A DNA stretch of 64,000 nucleotides from positions 23,503 through 87,502 of the forward strand of contig CALXRX010000004.1 of the NCBI GenBank assembly GCA_944390975.1. Reading direction: 5' to 3'. Below are positions 37,946-48,529 of this stretch, piece after piece (positions within the stretch are counted from its first letter, which is position 1; each line of letters starts with the position of its first letter). The position numbers were made by a program, and so were the translations under genes. The notes beneath the pieces are model-generated. The model did not search any database, was not told where the DNA came from, and saw nothing but the letters and a program-made list of their open reading frames with translations. Source of the stretch: an uncultured Clostridia bacterium. GTDB lineage: Bacteria > Bacillota > Clostridia > TANB77 > CAG-508.

Positions 37946-39361
37946 TTATTCTGTAATTCCAAAACGAAATTTGTCTATTTCATAATTTGTTTTTATTTCA
38001 TCTTCTGTAAGTACTCTATCATATATACCAATTCTGTAATATGATTTTTGTGAATTATCTATTTTAAATTGCGTAATAGTATTAGGAATTGTTTCATAAG
38101 TTTTTTCTGCAATTTTTTCTCCATTTATATACAGTTGTGCTTTCTTTGTTGAATATTCAAATGTATATACCATAGAATCTGTTTTATTCAATGCAGTTTT
38201 ATAATTTAATTCATCTGCTGAAAATCTATATACAACACTTGTATCCTTTCCTCCACCTATGTATAATCTACCATCATACTGTATATTCTCAGCACTTTCG
38301 TCATACCAAGTATGCGCATGAAATCCTTTCCAAGATTCTTCACCTTCAACAATTCCCCTTAAAATATTAGCTCTTGCAAAATTACGCTCAGTAAACACTA
38401 CTTCTATTGTCATACTTCTTCCCTCTGGTATTTGTACTGGTAAAGTTACTTCATCAACACTTCCCTCTAATTGCAAATAATTTTCTTGCCACCCACTATT
38501 TTCATTATTGTTAAAGTTTTTTAATAATCCATCATTGTCATTTCCGCTTAAGTCTTTCCAAACTATAGTAGTATCACTGTGTCGTCCATTTCCTGTATTG
38601 TTTTCTCCGTCGTAATATGCTAACATTCCATTTTCTACATATACTTGTTTTTGTACTTCTGTACTATTTCCTGCTCTGTCTGTAAATTTTATGTCATATA
38701 GTCCTGGTTTTGTTGCTATAAATGAGGTACTTTCTCCTTCCATTATCCAATTTGTATCATCATGCAATTTGTAACTTAATGTTCCACCTTCTACACTACT
38801 GTTATATTTAATATTTTTTAGAGTAAACTTCCAACCAGTTTCTAGTTTTGTTTGTTCTACTTCAAATGTTGGAGCTTGTGTATTTTTATTTACATAGTCT
38901 ACATTATATCCGCTATAATTTGGAATAGTAGATAATTTATAATACATTACTCCACCTATTTTTATACCTCTTGTACTTATTACCTCTCTTGTGGAAAAAT
39001 TAATTATAACTTCTTGATTAATATCTTCTAAATCTAGTTTTTTTAAGTCTTCTTTTGAAAAGTATTTAAACCCATCTTTGCTACTTCTTCCTAATATTTT
39101 TATAAGAGTTTCTTCATCTAACACAGAAATATCTTGGCCTATATTATTATAATAGGCTATATCTTGCTCATTATTTTTTAATTTTTCATATATTACATTT
39201 ACTTTAGCTTGTACCATTTCCATTTCAGATATAAATGCATTTTTTTGTGCAGTTCTAAGTGAATCTAAAGCACTATATGTAGTTACAGTGGCTAAAATAG
39301 TCATTACTATAATTGTTATAACTAATGTTACTAATGTTATACCTTTTTCATTTCGTTTCAA
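37946..39361 (-). CDS. prepilin-leader-type N-terminus + Ig-like + LamG (concanavalin-like lectin) domain protein
   Basis: MKRNEKG/ITLVTLVITIIVMTILA resembles a class III signal. The C-terminal RIGIYDRVLTEDEIKTNYE is the typical LamG_3 ending. TTG start lies 6 nt after GAGGTGA. Confidence 0.6.
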   Translation of the reverse strand: MKRNEKGITLVTLVITIIVMTILATVTTYSALDSLRTAQKNAFISEMEMVQAKVNVIYEKLKNNEQDIAYYNNIGQDISVLDEETLIKILGRSSKDGFKYFSKEDLKKLDLEDINQEVIINFSTREVISTRGIKIGGVMYYKLSTIPNYSGYNVDYVNKNTQAPTFEVEQTKLETGWKFTLKNIKYNSSVEGGTLSYKLHDDTNWIMEGESTSFIATKPGLYDIKFTDRAGNSTEVQKQVYVENGMLAYYDGENNTGNGRHSDTTIVWKDLSGNDNDGLLKNFNNNENSGWQENYLQLEGSVDEVTLPVQIPEGRSMTIEVVFTERNFARANILRGIVEGEESWKGFHAHTWYDESAENIQYDGRLYIGGGKDTSVVYRFSADELNYKTALNKTDSMVYTFEYSTKKAQLYINGEKIAEKTYETIPNTITQFKIDNSQKSYYRIGIYDRVLTEDEIKTNYEIDKFRFGITE

Positions 39362-39386
39362 ATAATTTCACCTCATCTTTTGTGAA

Positions 39387-40463
39387 TTAAACCATTAAAT
39401 TATCAAATACAAATTGCTCTTGCATTCTTTTTAACGATTGTTTTATTGTTCTTGCTCTTACCTCTCCAATTCCATCTACTTCATCTAGTTTTGGTATATC
39501 TGCTGATAATATATGTTGGAAAGATTTAAATTTTTTTGTTAAGTTTTCCACAATATTGGTTGGCATACGTGGTATCTTATTAAGAATTCTATAACCTTTT
39601 GTGTATACACCTACTTCATCATAATTGTCAAATATTTCATATCCTAATAATTTTGCTATTATTTGTGATGACATTAGGTCTTCATATTGTAAATTCATTA
39701 ATTCATTTAATACTTTATCTGGTGTTCTTTTTTTACCTGGTGCAATATAGTCTTTTATAATTAGTATTTCTTCTTTTTCTAAACCACCAATTAATTCGTC
39801 TAATTGCATTTGTACAAGTCTTCCTTCTTCTCCTAGTTCACTTATATTTTTTTGAACTTCTTCTGCCATTCTCATAACCATTTCTGCTCTTTGTATTGCT
39901 GTTATAACATTTTCTAAAGTTACAATGTCATTAAATTCATATTCATTTAATATACTTAATTTTTCATCAAATACTTTTTTGTATTTCTCTACTGTTTGTA
40001 ATGCTTGGTTTGTTTTTGCAAGTATTTTATCTGTATCTTCTAACACATATCTAAATTCTCCCTTAAATATTGTTATAATATTTCTTCTTTGAGATATGCT
40101 TATAACTAATTCTTTTGTTTGTTTTGCTGTACGTTCTGCTGTTCTATGTCTTGTTCCTGTTTCTCTTGTTTGAATTGATGCATTTGGAATTAACTGTGCA
40201 TTTGCAAATAGAATTCTTTTTAAATCTTTGCTAAGTATTATTGCACCATCCATTTTAGCAAGTTCATATAGCCTTGAGGATGTGTATTCTTCATTAATAT
40301 TAAAACCACCATCAACTATATCTAATACTTCTTTAGAGTCTCCTATAACTATTAACGCTCCTGTTTTTGCTTTTAATATATTTTCTAATCCTTCTCTTAT
40401 TTCAGTTCCAGGCGCAACTAATTTTAGTATTTCTATAGTGTTTGTCTCTTTACTTAATCTCAC
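39387..40463 (-). CDS. disA: DNA integrity scanning protein DisA (diadenylate cyclase)
   Basis: DAC domain (DGAIIL, RHRTAER) and a C-terminal HhH (GIGEVRARTI). It sits downstream of radA, as is usual. Confidence 0.92.
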   Translation of the reverse strand: MRLSKETNTIEILKLVAPGTEIREGLENILKAKTGALIVIGDSKEVLDIVDGGFNINEEYTSSRLYELAKMDGAIILSKDLKRILFANAQLIPNASIQTRETGTRHRTAERTAKQTKELVISISQRRNIITIFKGEFRYVLEDTDKILAKTNQALQTVEKYKKVFDEKLSILNEYEFNDIVTLENVITAIQRAEMVMRMAEEVQKNISELGEEGRLVQMQLDELIGGLEKEEILIIKDYIAPGKKRTPDKVLNELMNLQYEDLMSSQIIAKLLGYEIFDNYDEVGVYTKGYRILNKIPRMPTNIVENLTKKFKSFQHILSADIPKLDEVDGIGEVRARTIKQSLKRMQEQFVFDNLMV

Positions 40464-40514
40464 TTGCCTTCATTCCTTTCACTATATTTATTATTAATGA
40501 TAAATATTATTAAA

Positions 40515-41873
40515 TTATTTTAATCCTAATTTTTTCATAGCATCATAAATTGTTTTCACGCCTATTATATCTAATTTATACTTTTCTTTCAATAGTTTTT
40601 TGTTACTTTCTGGAATTATGCAACACTTAAATCCTAATTTTTCTGCTTCTTTTATTCTTTTTTCTATTAAATTGACACTTCTAACTTCTCCAGTTAATCC
40701 AACTTCTCCTATAGCTACTACCCATTTAGGGATTTCAATGTTTTTGTAACTTGATGCTGATGCAAGTATTACTCCTAAATCTATTGCAGGCTCATTTAAC
40801 TTAATTCCACCAACTATATTTATATATACATCTTGATTTCCAAGTAAAATCCCTGCCTTTTTTTCTAGAACAGCTATTAGCATTGTTAATCTATTATAGT
40901 CCATTCCATTTGCTGTTCTTCTAGGCAATCCAAATACACTTGTAGAAGTTAGACTTTGAATTTCAATTAATAATGGTCTTGTTCCTTCCATTGTTGCAAC
41001 AATTATTGAACCTGCTGGATTATCTTCTCTTTCTGAAATTAGTATTGATGATGGGTTTGTAATTTCTGTCATACCTTTATCTTGCATTTCAAACATTCCT
41101 ATTTCGTTTGTAGAGCCAAATCTATTTTTTACTCCTCTTAAAATTCTATATGAAAAATATCTTTCTCCTTCTAAATATAAAACTGTGTCTACCATATGTT
41201 CTAATACCCTAGGTCCTGCTATATTTCCATCTTTTGTTACATGCCCTATTATAATTGTTGTTATTTCATTTTCTTTACATATTCTCATTATTTTAGATGT
41301 TATTTCTCTTACTTGGCTTACACTTCCTGGTGCTGATGTTATTTCATCTGAATACATTGTTTGTATTGAATCTATAATTACTAATTTAGGATTTGTTTTT
41401 AAAATAGCTTCTTGAACTAGACTGATGTCGGTTTCTCCTAAAAATAAAATGTCTTTATTATTTATACCAAGCCTGTCTGCCCTTATTTTTATTTGCTCTG
41501 CGGATTCTTCTCCAGAAACATATAAAACTTGTCCTTCTCCTTTTATTTTGTCACATATTTGAAGTATTAAAGTGGATTTTCCAATTCCCGGCTCTCCCCC
41601 AAGTAGTATTAATGAGCCTTTCACAATTCCTCCACCAAGTACTCTATCTAATTCAGCAAATCCTGTTTGTTCTCTTATTACATTTTTTCCTTGTAATTCA
41701 TTTAATATAACTGGTGTTGCTTCCTTTTTCTTTTCATATTTTGCTCCAGTAGATTTTACTAATTTTTCTTCATAAAAGCTATTCCATTGGTTGCATGCTG
41801 GACATTTTCCCATCCATTTTGGTGATTCATAACCACATTGGCTACATACAAATATTGTTTTATCCTTTGCCAT
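40515..41873 (-). CDS. radA: DNA repair protein RadA/Sms
   Basis: Zn ribbon CSQCGYESPKWMGKCPAC, Walker A GGEPGIGKST, KNRFG motif and a Lon-like C-terminus. Confidence 0.96.
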   Translation of the reverse strand: MAKDKTIFVCSQCGYESPKWMGKCPACNQWNSFYEEKLVKSTGAKYEKKKEATPVILNELQGKNVIREQTGFAELDRVLGGGIVKGSLILLGGEPGIGKSTLILQICDKIKGEGQVLYVSGEESAEQIKIRADRLGINNKDILFLGETDISLVQEAILKTNPKLVIIDSIQTMYSDEITSAPGSVSQVREITSKIMRICKENEITTIIIGHVTKDGNIAGPRVLEHMVDTVLYLEGERYFSYRILRGVKNRFGSTNEIGMFEMQDKGMTEITNPSSILISEREDNPAGSIIVATMEGTRPLLIEIQSLTSTSVFGLPRRTANGMDYNRLTMLIAVLEKKAGILLGNQDVYINIVGGIKLNEPAIDLGVILASASSYKNIEIPKWVVAIGEVGLTGEVRSVNLIEKRIKEAEKLGFKCCIIPESNKKLLKEKYKLDIIGVKTIYDAMKKLGLK

Positions 41874-42053
41874 AATTTCTCCTTCTTATTGTCTTTTTCT
41901 AGATTTGATTATATATTTATGCATATCATATGTCAATAGTTAGGGCTATCCACCATTAAAGTATTGATAAAATATGATAAAATTTGTGACAAATCACCAG
42001 AAAAAAACACATATAAGTATAAGAAAACTTAAGAAGGGGGGTAAAAAATATTT

Positions 42054-42539
42054 ATGCACATTGAAGAAATATATAAAGCAAATGGTAAATTAGTTTATAA
42101 ATATTTATTGTGTTTATCTCATAATGAAAGTATTGCAGAAGAACTGACTCAAGAAACTTTTTATATAGCTATGAAAAAGATAAATTCTTTTCAAGGAAAA
42201 TGTAAGGTTTCTGTATGGTTATGTCAAATAGCAAAATTTTTATGGTATGGATATTTAAAAAAATTAAAACAGACTATAAATATTGACACAATTGAAAACA
42301 TTGCAAACGAAGTATCTATTGAAGAAATTATAATTGGAAATGAAGAAAAAGAAGAAATGTTTAAAAATATGATGAAATTAGATAATAATTCAAAAGCTGT
42401 AATGTATTTAAGAGTACGTGGAGAATTAAGCTTTAAAGAAATAGGCATTATACTTAATAAAAGTGAGAACTGGGCAAAAAATATTTTTTATCGAGGTAAA
42501 AATAAGTTAAAGGAGGAGATTGTATATGAGGAAGATTAA
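42054..42539 (+). CDS. RNA polymerase ECF-type sigma-70 factor
   Basis: Region 2 (AEELTQETFYIAMKK) and a region 4 HTH (LSFKEIGIILNKSENWAKNIFYRGKNKL). Confidence 0.8.
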   Translation: MHIEEIYKANGKLVYKYLLCLSHNESIAEELTQETFYIAMKKINSFQGKCKVSVWLCQIAKFLWYGYLKKLKQTINIDTIENIANEVSIEEIIIGNEEKEEMFKNMMKLDNNSKAVMYLRVRGELSFKEIGIILNKSENWAKNIFYRGKNKLKEEIVYEED

Positions 42540-43140
42540 TGATTGTAAAATTGTGCAGAATTTGTTGCCTAATTATATTGATGGAATTACTGATAATGAG
42601 TTAAATGCTTATATTGAAGAACATTTAAACAACTGCGAAAAATGTTCAAGAGTAAAACAAAATATGGATGATAATATTACTATGGAAAATGCCAATACCA
42701 TAAAAGAAGTTAAATATCTGAAAAAAATAAAGAAAAAAGCTATTTTTACTATTGCCATATGCTTAATACTATTGTTTGCTTTATTATGTGGGTTAGATTA
42801 TTATTTTAATTACGAACATATTGCTAATTGGAAATATACTAATATAATAGTACAAAGTGAAGAGTTTGATTATCAAACTAATACTGCTTATAATATTACA
42901 TATATTTTTACTTTTAACAAAAAAGGAATATGTGTAGATACCAGACTGCTTCTAAGTAATTTAAACAAAGATATGATAGATGTATTTTCTGAAGCAATTA
43001 CAGAAACTGCAACTGAAATAGCTAATGTACAAATACTTGATAATAAAATAACTGTTAATATAGATATGTATAATGGTATGAAAAAAGAAGAAATTATTAA
43101 TTGGGCTAATAGTTTTAGCTATGATATAATTGAAATATAA
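42526..43140 (+). CDS. anti-sigma factor (zf-HC2) with single TM
   Basis: The HLNNCEKC zinc-finger motif, a TM at about aa 70-90, and overlap with the sigma gene stop. ATG at 42526 follows AAGGAGGAG. Confidence 0.6.
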   Translation: MRKINDCKIVQNLLPNYIDGITDNELNAYIEEHLNNCEKCSRVKQNMDDNITMENANTIKEVKYLKKIKKKAIFTIAICLILLFALLCGLDYYFNYEHIANWKYTNIIVQSEEFDYQTNTAYNITYIFTFNKKGICVDTRLLLSNLNKDMIDVFSEAITETATEIANVQILDNKITVNIDMYNGMKKEEIINWANSFSYDIIEI

Positions 43141-43150
43141 TTAATATATT

Positions 43151-43199
43151 AAAAAGGTAATCCGTTAGTTAGTTATACTAGCAAACTGATTACCTTTTT
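43151..43199. terminator. bidirectional terminator between the anti-sigma and GH15 genes
   Basis: AAAAAGGTAATC (43151-43162) pairs with GATTACCTTTTT (43188-43199). Confidence 0.6.
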
Positions 43200-43262
43200 C
43201 GTTTAATTTTTCAAGAATTCCCAATAATTACAGAGTAAAGGTATGAAAAATCTTTTTTATTT

Positions 43263-45218
43263 TTACTTATTCATTAATTTTTCTAATACTAGAATAAACA
43301 TTGCATGAGCCCATCCTAGTCCTATTACCCAAGAAGATTTCATTGTGTTATTGTCTACTTGTTCTGCTAGGAAACCATGCTCTGTGCTAGATGAAACTAC
43401 AAAGTTTAAGCATTCTTTTGCTTCTTTATATTTTTTTATTTCTATATAATATAATGCCATCCATAGTGTTGTAATTGTCCAAGGATTTCCATTTCTATAA
43501 TGGTCACCTTCAAATCTTTTATATCCTCCTGTATAAGTACGTAGTGTTAGGTTTATTTTTTCTACTGTGTTTAAAATTTTCTTTTCTTTTGGTGAAAACA
43601 TATTAAATGGTACAACTGCCCCTATCATGCTTACATCCATTTTTCTATCTTCTACGTTTCTTACAAAAGTTTTTGCTTCATTGTCATACAAGTTTTCTAA
43701 AACATATTTTTTCATAATTTCTAGTTGATTTTGCATAATTTCTTTATTTTTATTTATGCTTTCTTGTTTTAATCTACTGTTTAGATTTTCTTTATCCTTT
43801 TCAATTATTTCATATATTTTAAACATTGCTTGATATGCACCAAATATACTAGCTATTGAATAAAGATTAATTCCTTCATGCATTTCCCATATATCGTAAC
43901 TTACTGGTATTTTATCTAGTTTATCTTTGTAATCTTCTTCTAATTCTTTTTTTACAATATCTTTTTCTTCTTTTATATTCATTATCTGTGCTACATATTT
44001 TTGCAAGAAATGTATAGCTTTTTCACACATTTTTAATGTATCTTTAAGGAATTTTTCGTTTTTTGTTCTTTCATAATGGTCATAAACTCCATATACTACG
44101 CTTGCTGTTTCATCAATTTGATATCCCCAGCAAGGAGCTAGTCTTCCATCTGTATAAAAACGTTGTTCCCACATTCCAGATTTACTTTGTGTATTTTTAC
44201 AAAAGTTTTTATAAAATTTTTCTGTTTCTTTTTCCATTGCCAAAATGTCTAGTGCCTTTGTAATAAATACTGCATCTCTTGGCCAGCAATATGCATATCT
44301 TCCACATTGTGTTAAATTTTCGTCTATCTCGATGCTTGCTGAAATTCCTCCTGATGTTTCATTCATAAGAAGCGGATATAATAATATTGTTCTGTTATAT
44401 ATATTTTTTACTTTTTTATCTTGGTTTGTATTTTCTTTTAATTCTAATTTAGTATGGTCTTTTACATATTTATTCCAGTATTTCTTAGTATTTATAAGTT
44501 CTTTTTCAAAATCTATTTTTCTTATTTTATCTACTTTGTCTTCAATATCATCAAGTTTATATATTTTTGAATTATCATTTATATAAATATATGTTTCTAC
44601 TACCTTTTCTTCATTTGGCTTTAATACACCTATATTGTAGCTAACACTAGAATCATGAGACATACCTATATAATCTTTATCTTGTATAGTTCCTGTATGT
44701 ATATTGCTAATTGTATCATTTATTTGATGAGAATATACCTTTTCATTTTTTGATACAATAGCTAATGAATAATCATGAGTATATTGCAATATTCCATTTT
44801 TTATTTTTTTTGCACTAACAAAATTATTATCATTAGATAATAATTTTGAGTGTATTAAAAATTTAACATCTAGGTCTATAGTGTTTTCATTAATAAATGT
44901 ATACCTTCTAACTAATACATTTTCTTTTATTGGTACAAAATCTAATTGTTTTACTTTTAAATTAAAATATGTGTTTTTTATTTCTGTATTTAATATATTT
45001 GTATCTTTTGTATAATATTGATTATACTGATTATTAATATCATTATATAAATTTATAAATCCAGAATCATTAATCTTTAAGCCAGCATACATATAGTCTA
45101 CAAATTGCTTATAATCTGGAGAAGAATAAAATAGTCTTAATAGTTCTCCTTTTTCTGTATAACTTGCTACAAGTTGTTTATTTCCAATTATTGCATCATT
45201 TAAATATTTTGTTTCCAT
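43263..45218 (-). CDS. glycoside hydrolase family 15 (glucoamylase/glucodextranase-like)
   Basis: N-terminal beta-sandwich plus an (alpha/alpha)6 catalytic region, with YCWPRDA, IWEMHEG and LAEQVD motifs. Confidence 0.75.
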   Translation of the reverse strand: METKYLNDAIIGNKQLVASYTEKGELLRLFYSSPDYKQFVDYMYAGLKINDSGFINLYNDINNQYNQYYTKDTNILNTEIKNTYFNLKVKQLDFVPIKENVLVRRYTFINENTIDLDVKFLIHSKLLSNDNNFVSAKKIKNGILQYTHDYSLAIVSKNEKVYSHQINDTISNIHTGTIQDKDYIGMSHDSSVSYNIGVLKPNEEKVVETYIYINDNSKIYKLDDIEDKVDKIRKIDFEKELINTKKYWNKYVKDHTKLELKENTNQDKKVKNIYNRTILLYPLLMNETSGGISASIEIDENLTQCGRYAYCWPRDAVFITKALDILAMEKETEKFYKNFCKNTQSKSGMWEQRFYTDGRLAPCWGYQIDETASVVYGVYDHYERTKNEKFLKDTLKMCEKAIHFLQKYVAQIMNIKEEKDIVKKELEEDYKDKLDKIPVSYDIWEMHEGINLYSIASIFGAYQAMFKIYEIIEKDKENLNSRLKQESINKNKEIMQNQLEIMKKYVLENLYDNEAKTFVRNVEDRKMDVSMIGAVVPFNMFSPKEKKILNTVEKINLTLRTYTGGYKRFEGDHYRNGNPWTITTLWMALYYIEIKKYKEAKECLNFVVSSSTEHGFLAEQVDNNTMKSSWVIGLGWAHAMFILVLEKLMNK

Positions 45219-45252
45219 TTGCTTTTAATCCTTCCACTATATATTTTTTATA

Positions 45253-46899
45253 TTATCCTTCTAATATCTTAACTATTTGAGCTTCTAATTCTTTTATTCG
45301 TTCATTAATTGATGCTACTTCTGCATCTTTTGCATTTTCTGTTATTATCTCTTCTTTTATTATTTCTGTCATATCTTGTACTTCATCTTTTAATTTTTGC
45401 ATTCTTTCTAGCACTTCTAATCTAAGTGGTTTATACCTTGTTGTTAGTTCTATTTTATTTGTCATTTTTATATCATCACTTAGTTCATAAGTTTCACCAA
45501 AATCTGGAATTGTAACAGGTATATTAGTAGTTTCTAATATTTTATCCCTTAATACTAGCTGAGAATCTTCTTCTCCATGAACTAAAAATATATGTTTTGG
45601 CTTTTTTATAAATGAATATATAAAATTTAATAACCATTCTTGATCTGCGTGTCCAGAATAACCTTCTATATATTCGATTCTAGCATTTACAGATATTTCT
45701 TCACCAAATATTTTAACTTTCTTTTCTCCATTTACTAATCTACTTCCTAAGGTACCTGGTGCTTGGTATCCTACAAATAGTATTGTACTTTTTGGATTCC
45801 ACAAGTTATGTTTTAAATGGTGTTTTATACGTCCTACTTCGCACATTCCACTTGCAGATATAATTATTGCAGGTTTATTCATTTCGTTTAATTCTTTTGA
45901 TTCTTCCGCAGTTCTTGTGAATTGCAAACCTGGAAACTCTAGCGGATTATCGCCTCTTTCCATAGCTTCTTTAACATCATCATCAAATAAGTCTTCATTT
46001 TCCCTAAAAATTTCTGTTGCAGATATTGCAAGAGGGCTATCTACAAATACAGGCACTTTCATTAAAGTTTCGTATTTTCTCTTAAATTCCTCATCATCTC
46101 TTTTTTCTTTTAACTTATTTATTTCATATACTATTTCTTGTGTTCTTCCAACAGCAAATGATGGTATTACAACTGTTCCTCCATTATTTAATGTTTCTGA
46201 TACAATATTTAAGAAAAGTTCTGCTTTATCATCATTTCTCATATGTAATCTACTTCCATAAGTTGATTCCATAACTAAATAATCTGTTGACTCTATCATT
46301 GTTGGTGATGCTAAAAGTGGAATATCATTATTTCCTAAATCTCCTGTAAATACCACTTTTTTATTTTTTCCATTTTCATTTACCCAAACTTCTATAATAC
46401 TTGAGCCTAGCATATGGCCTGCATCATTAAACCTAACTTTTATATTTTCATCTATTTCTATTATTTCATCATATTTTACACGTCTAAATAATTCAAGTGA
46501 TTTTGTTGCTTCTTCTGCAGTATATAGTGGTGGTAATGGATTTTTGCCCTCTCTTTTTCTTTTCTTATTTCTCCATTCAATCTCCATTTCTTGAATATGT
46601 CCACTATCTGGTAACATGATTGTACAAAGGTCACATGTTGCTTTTGTTGCGATTATAGGGTTTCTATATCCTTCATTATATAGTTTTGGTATTCTACCTG
46701 AATGATCAATATGTGCATGCGTTAATAACATGAAATCAATTTCATTAACATTAAAATTAAATGGATCACTATTTTCCTTTTCCTCTGTTGCCTTACCTTG
46801 ATACATTCCACAATCTACTAGAAATTTTTTTCCTGCTGCTTCTACTAAAAAATTAGATCCTGTAACAGTTTTTGCTGCACCTAAAAAAGTTATGTTCAT
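45253..46899 (-). CDS. MBL-fold beta-CASP RNA-metabolising hydrolase
   Basis: LLTHAHIDHSG, a beta-CASP region and a C-terminal GYSGHAD motif, with a coiled-coil tail. Confidence 0.8.
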   Translation of the reverse strand: MNITFLGAAKTVTGSNFLVEAAGKKFLVDCGMYQGKATEEKENSDPFNFNVNEIDFMLLTHAHIDHSGRIPKLYNEGYRNPIIATKATCDLCTIMLPDSGHIQEMEIEWRNKKRKREGKNPLPPLYTAEEATKSLELFRRVKYDEIIEIDENIKVRFNDAGHMLGSSIIEVWVNENGKNKKVVFTGDLGNNDIPLLASPTMIESTDYLVMESTYGSRLHMRNDDKAELFLNIVSETLNNGGTVVIPSFAVGRTQEIVYEINKLKEKRDDEEFKRKYETLMKVPVFVDSPLAISATEIFRENEDLFDDDVKEAMERGDNPLEFPGLQFTRTAEESKELNEMNKPAIIISASGMCEVGRIKHHLKHNLWNPKSTILFVGYQAPGTLGSRLVNGEKKVKIFGEEISVNARIEYIEGYSGHADQEWLLNFIYSFIKKPKHIFLVHGEEDSQLVLRDKILETTNIPVTIPDFGETYELSDDIKMTNKIELTTRYKPLRLEVLERMQKLKDEVQDMTEIIKEEIITENAKDAEVASINERIKELEAQIVKILEG

Positions 46900-46922
46900 A
46901 GTTTCCTCCCTAAACTTTATTT

Positions 46923-48506
46923 TTAATAATTAAAAATCTTTATGAGTTTATTAAATTTAACAATAATTTCTTTTTTATTATATACTGGTATTGTAATTGC
47001 TTTTTCATATATATCTGTATCGTATAGCTTTATTTCTAAAGAATTGTCATTTTCATTAAGTTCCATATGAATGTTTTCAATTGTAATTATTTTGGTTAAT
47101 AATATATTTTTTATAATTTCTGTATTAACTATTTCTTCATTAGATATATAATTAATTATTTTCAACTCATATGCTTTTTTTATTAAATTATCTTCTATAT
47201 CCTTTATTTCTTTTTGTAATTCTTTTATATCTTTTACTTGTTTTTCTTTAGTTATATATAAATAATTATAATATCTAAGCATATAAATTAAATTTATTAG
47301 TGTTTCTTTTTCTATTGCATTATTTATTTTTATGTTGAATGCTTGTATAAATAGTTTTTGTAACTGTATTAAATAATTATATTTTACTTTTTCTTTTTCG
47401 TTTTCATCTAAATTAATGTCTGCAAGTAATTCTAATTGTTCCTCTAAATCCTGCTTTTTTTCTACATAGTATTTAGGATCTAATAATTTATTATTTTCAT
47501 CAATTTTTAAAAGATATTTTTTTCTTTCTTTATTTAATATTTCCGTTAAATGACTAATACTAAATATTTTATTATACTCAGCACGTTTTTCGTTTCTTTT
47601 AATATATTCTTCTTCTAAAAGTTTTTTATCATTAAGTATTGTATCTATTTGCCTAATTTTTTGTAATAATTCTTTTTTTGAATTTGATATATCTTCTAAC
47701 AATGTTTTTTTGTCTTTTAATTTGTTTAATTCTTTTTGCAGAATTTCTTGTTCATCAAGTAGACGTTTTTTTTCATTTTCATTTTTGCTTGTACAAATTA
47801 TTATAGAAATTTTATATATTGTTTTTAATATTTCTTGTTCTTTTTGCTCTCCATAATTTTCTGATAACTTTTTTTCTACCAAATTTATATAATCTATTAT
47901 TTCTTCTTTATGCACCCATGCTTTTATAAAATCAATTCCTAATAAATAAACTAAATTTTGATAAACTACATTGGTTGTAACTTCTGGTATTTCTTTTATC
48001 TCAGTATTCCAACTCCAACCATTAAAATCGCGTATTACTTCTATATTATTAATATTTTCACCTGCATTTAATAATTCAGATAAAGCAATTCTTATTAAAT
48101 TGTATTTTTCATCTAAATAAACTTGTCTATCGTCAATTTTATATATTGTATATAATAGCAAAGCTTCATTAGGATATCTTAAAAATATAGTTTGCTCTAA
48201 TTTATCTACTATAAAATTAACTCCTCTTTTTTCCATTTCTTTATATTCAGGTGAATTTTCTTCTACTACAATTATTTTTTTGCATTTTTCTTTTATTATT
48301 TGCAAAATTTCTTCTATATAGTTTTTTTTATTTTCTACTATTCTTTTTACTGTAATATAGTCCTTGTATCCAATTTGTATTTTATATAACATAGAAAGAA
48401 GAAGATTTTTAACGTTTTCTGAAAAATCTTTATTTTCAAGTATTTTTTCTAATTGATTATTATAATCTTTAGAACTTAATTTTGAAAATATATTTTCTTT
48501 ATTCAT
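46923..48506 (-). CDS. hypothetical coiled-coil-rich protein
   Basis: 527-aa ORF tightly packed between ftsK and the beta-CASP gene. It is K/E/N/I-rich with long heptad-like stretches. I recognised no motif. Confidence 0.5.
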   Translation of the reverse strand: MNKENIFSKLSSKDYNNQLEKILENKDFSENVKNLLLSMLYKIQIGYKDYITVKRIVENKKNYIEEILQIIKEKCKKIIVVEENSPEYKEMEKRGVNFIVDKLEQTIFLRYPNEALLLYTIYKIDDRQVYLDEKYNLIRIALSELLNAGENINNIEVIRDFNGWSWNTEIKEIPEVTTNVVYQNLVYLLGIDFIKAWVHKEEIIDYINLVEKKLSENYGEQKEQEILKTIYKISIIICTSKNENEKKRLLDEQEILQKELNKLKDKKTLLEDISNSKKELLQKIRQIDTILNDKKLLEEEYIKRNEKRAEYNKIFSISHLTEILNKERKKYLLKIDENNKLLDPKYYVEKKQDLEEQLELLADINLDENEKEKVKYNYLIQLQKLFIQAFNIKINNAIEKETLINLIYMLRYYNYLYITKEKQVKDIKELQKEIKDIEDNLIKKAYELKIINYISNEEIVNTEIIKNILLTKIITIENIHMELNENDNSLEIKLYDTDIYEKAITIPVYNKKEIIVKFNKLIKIFNY

Positions 48507-48529
48507 TAAGTCTTCTTCCTTTCTCTTTT

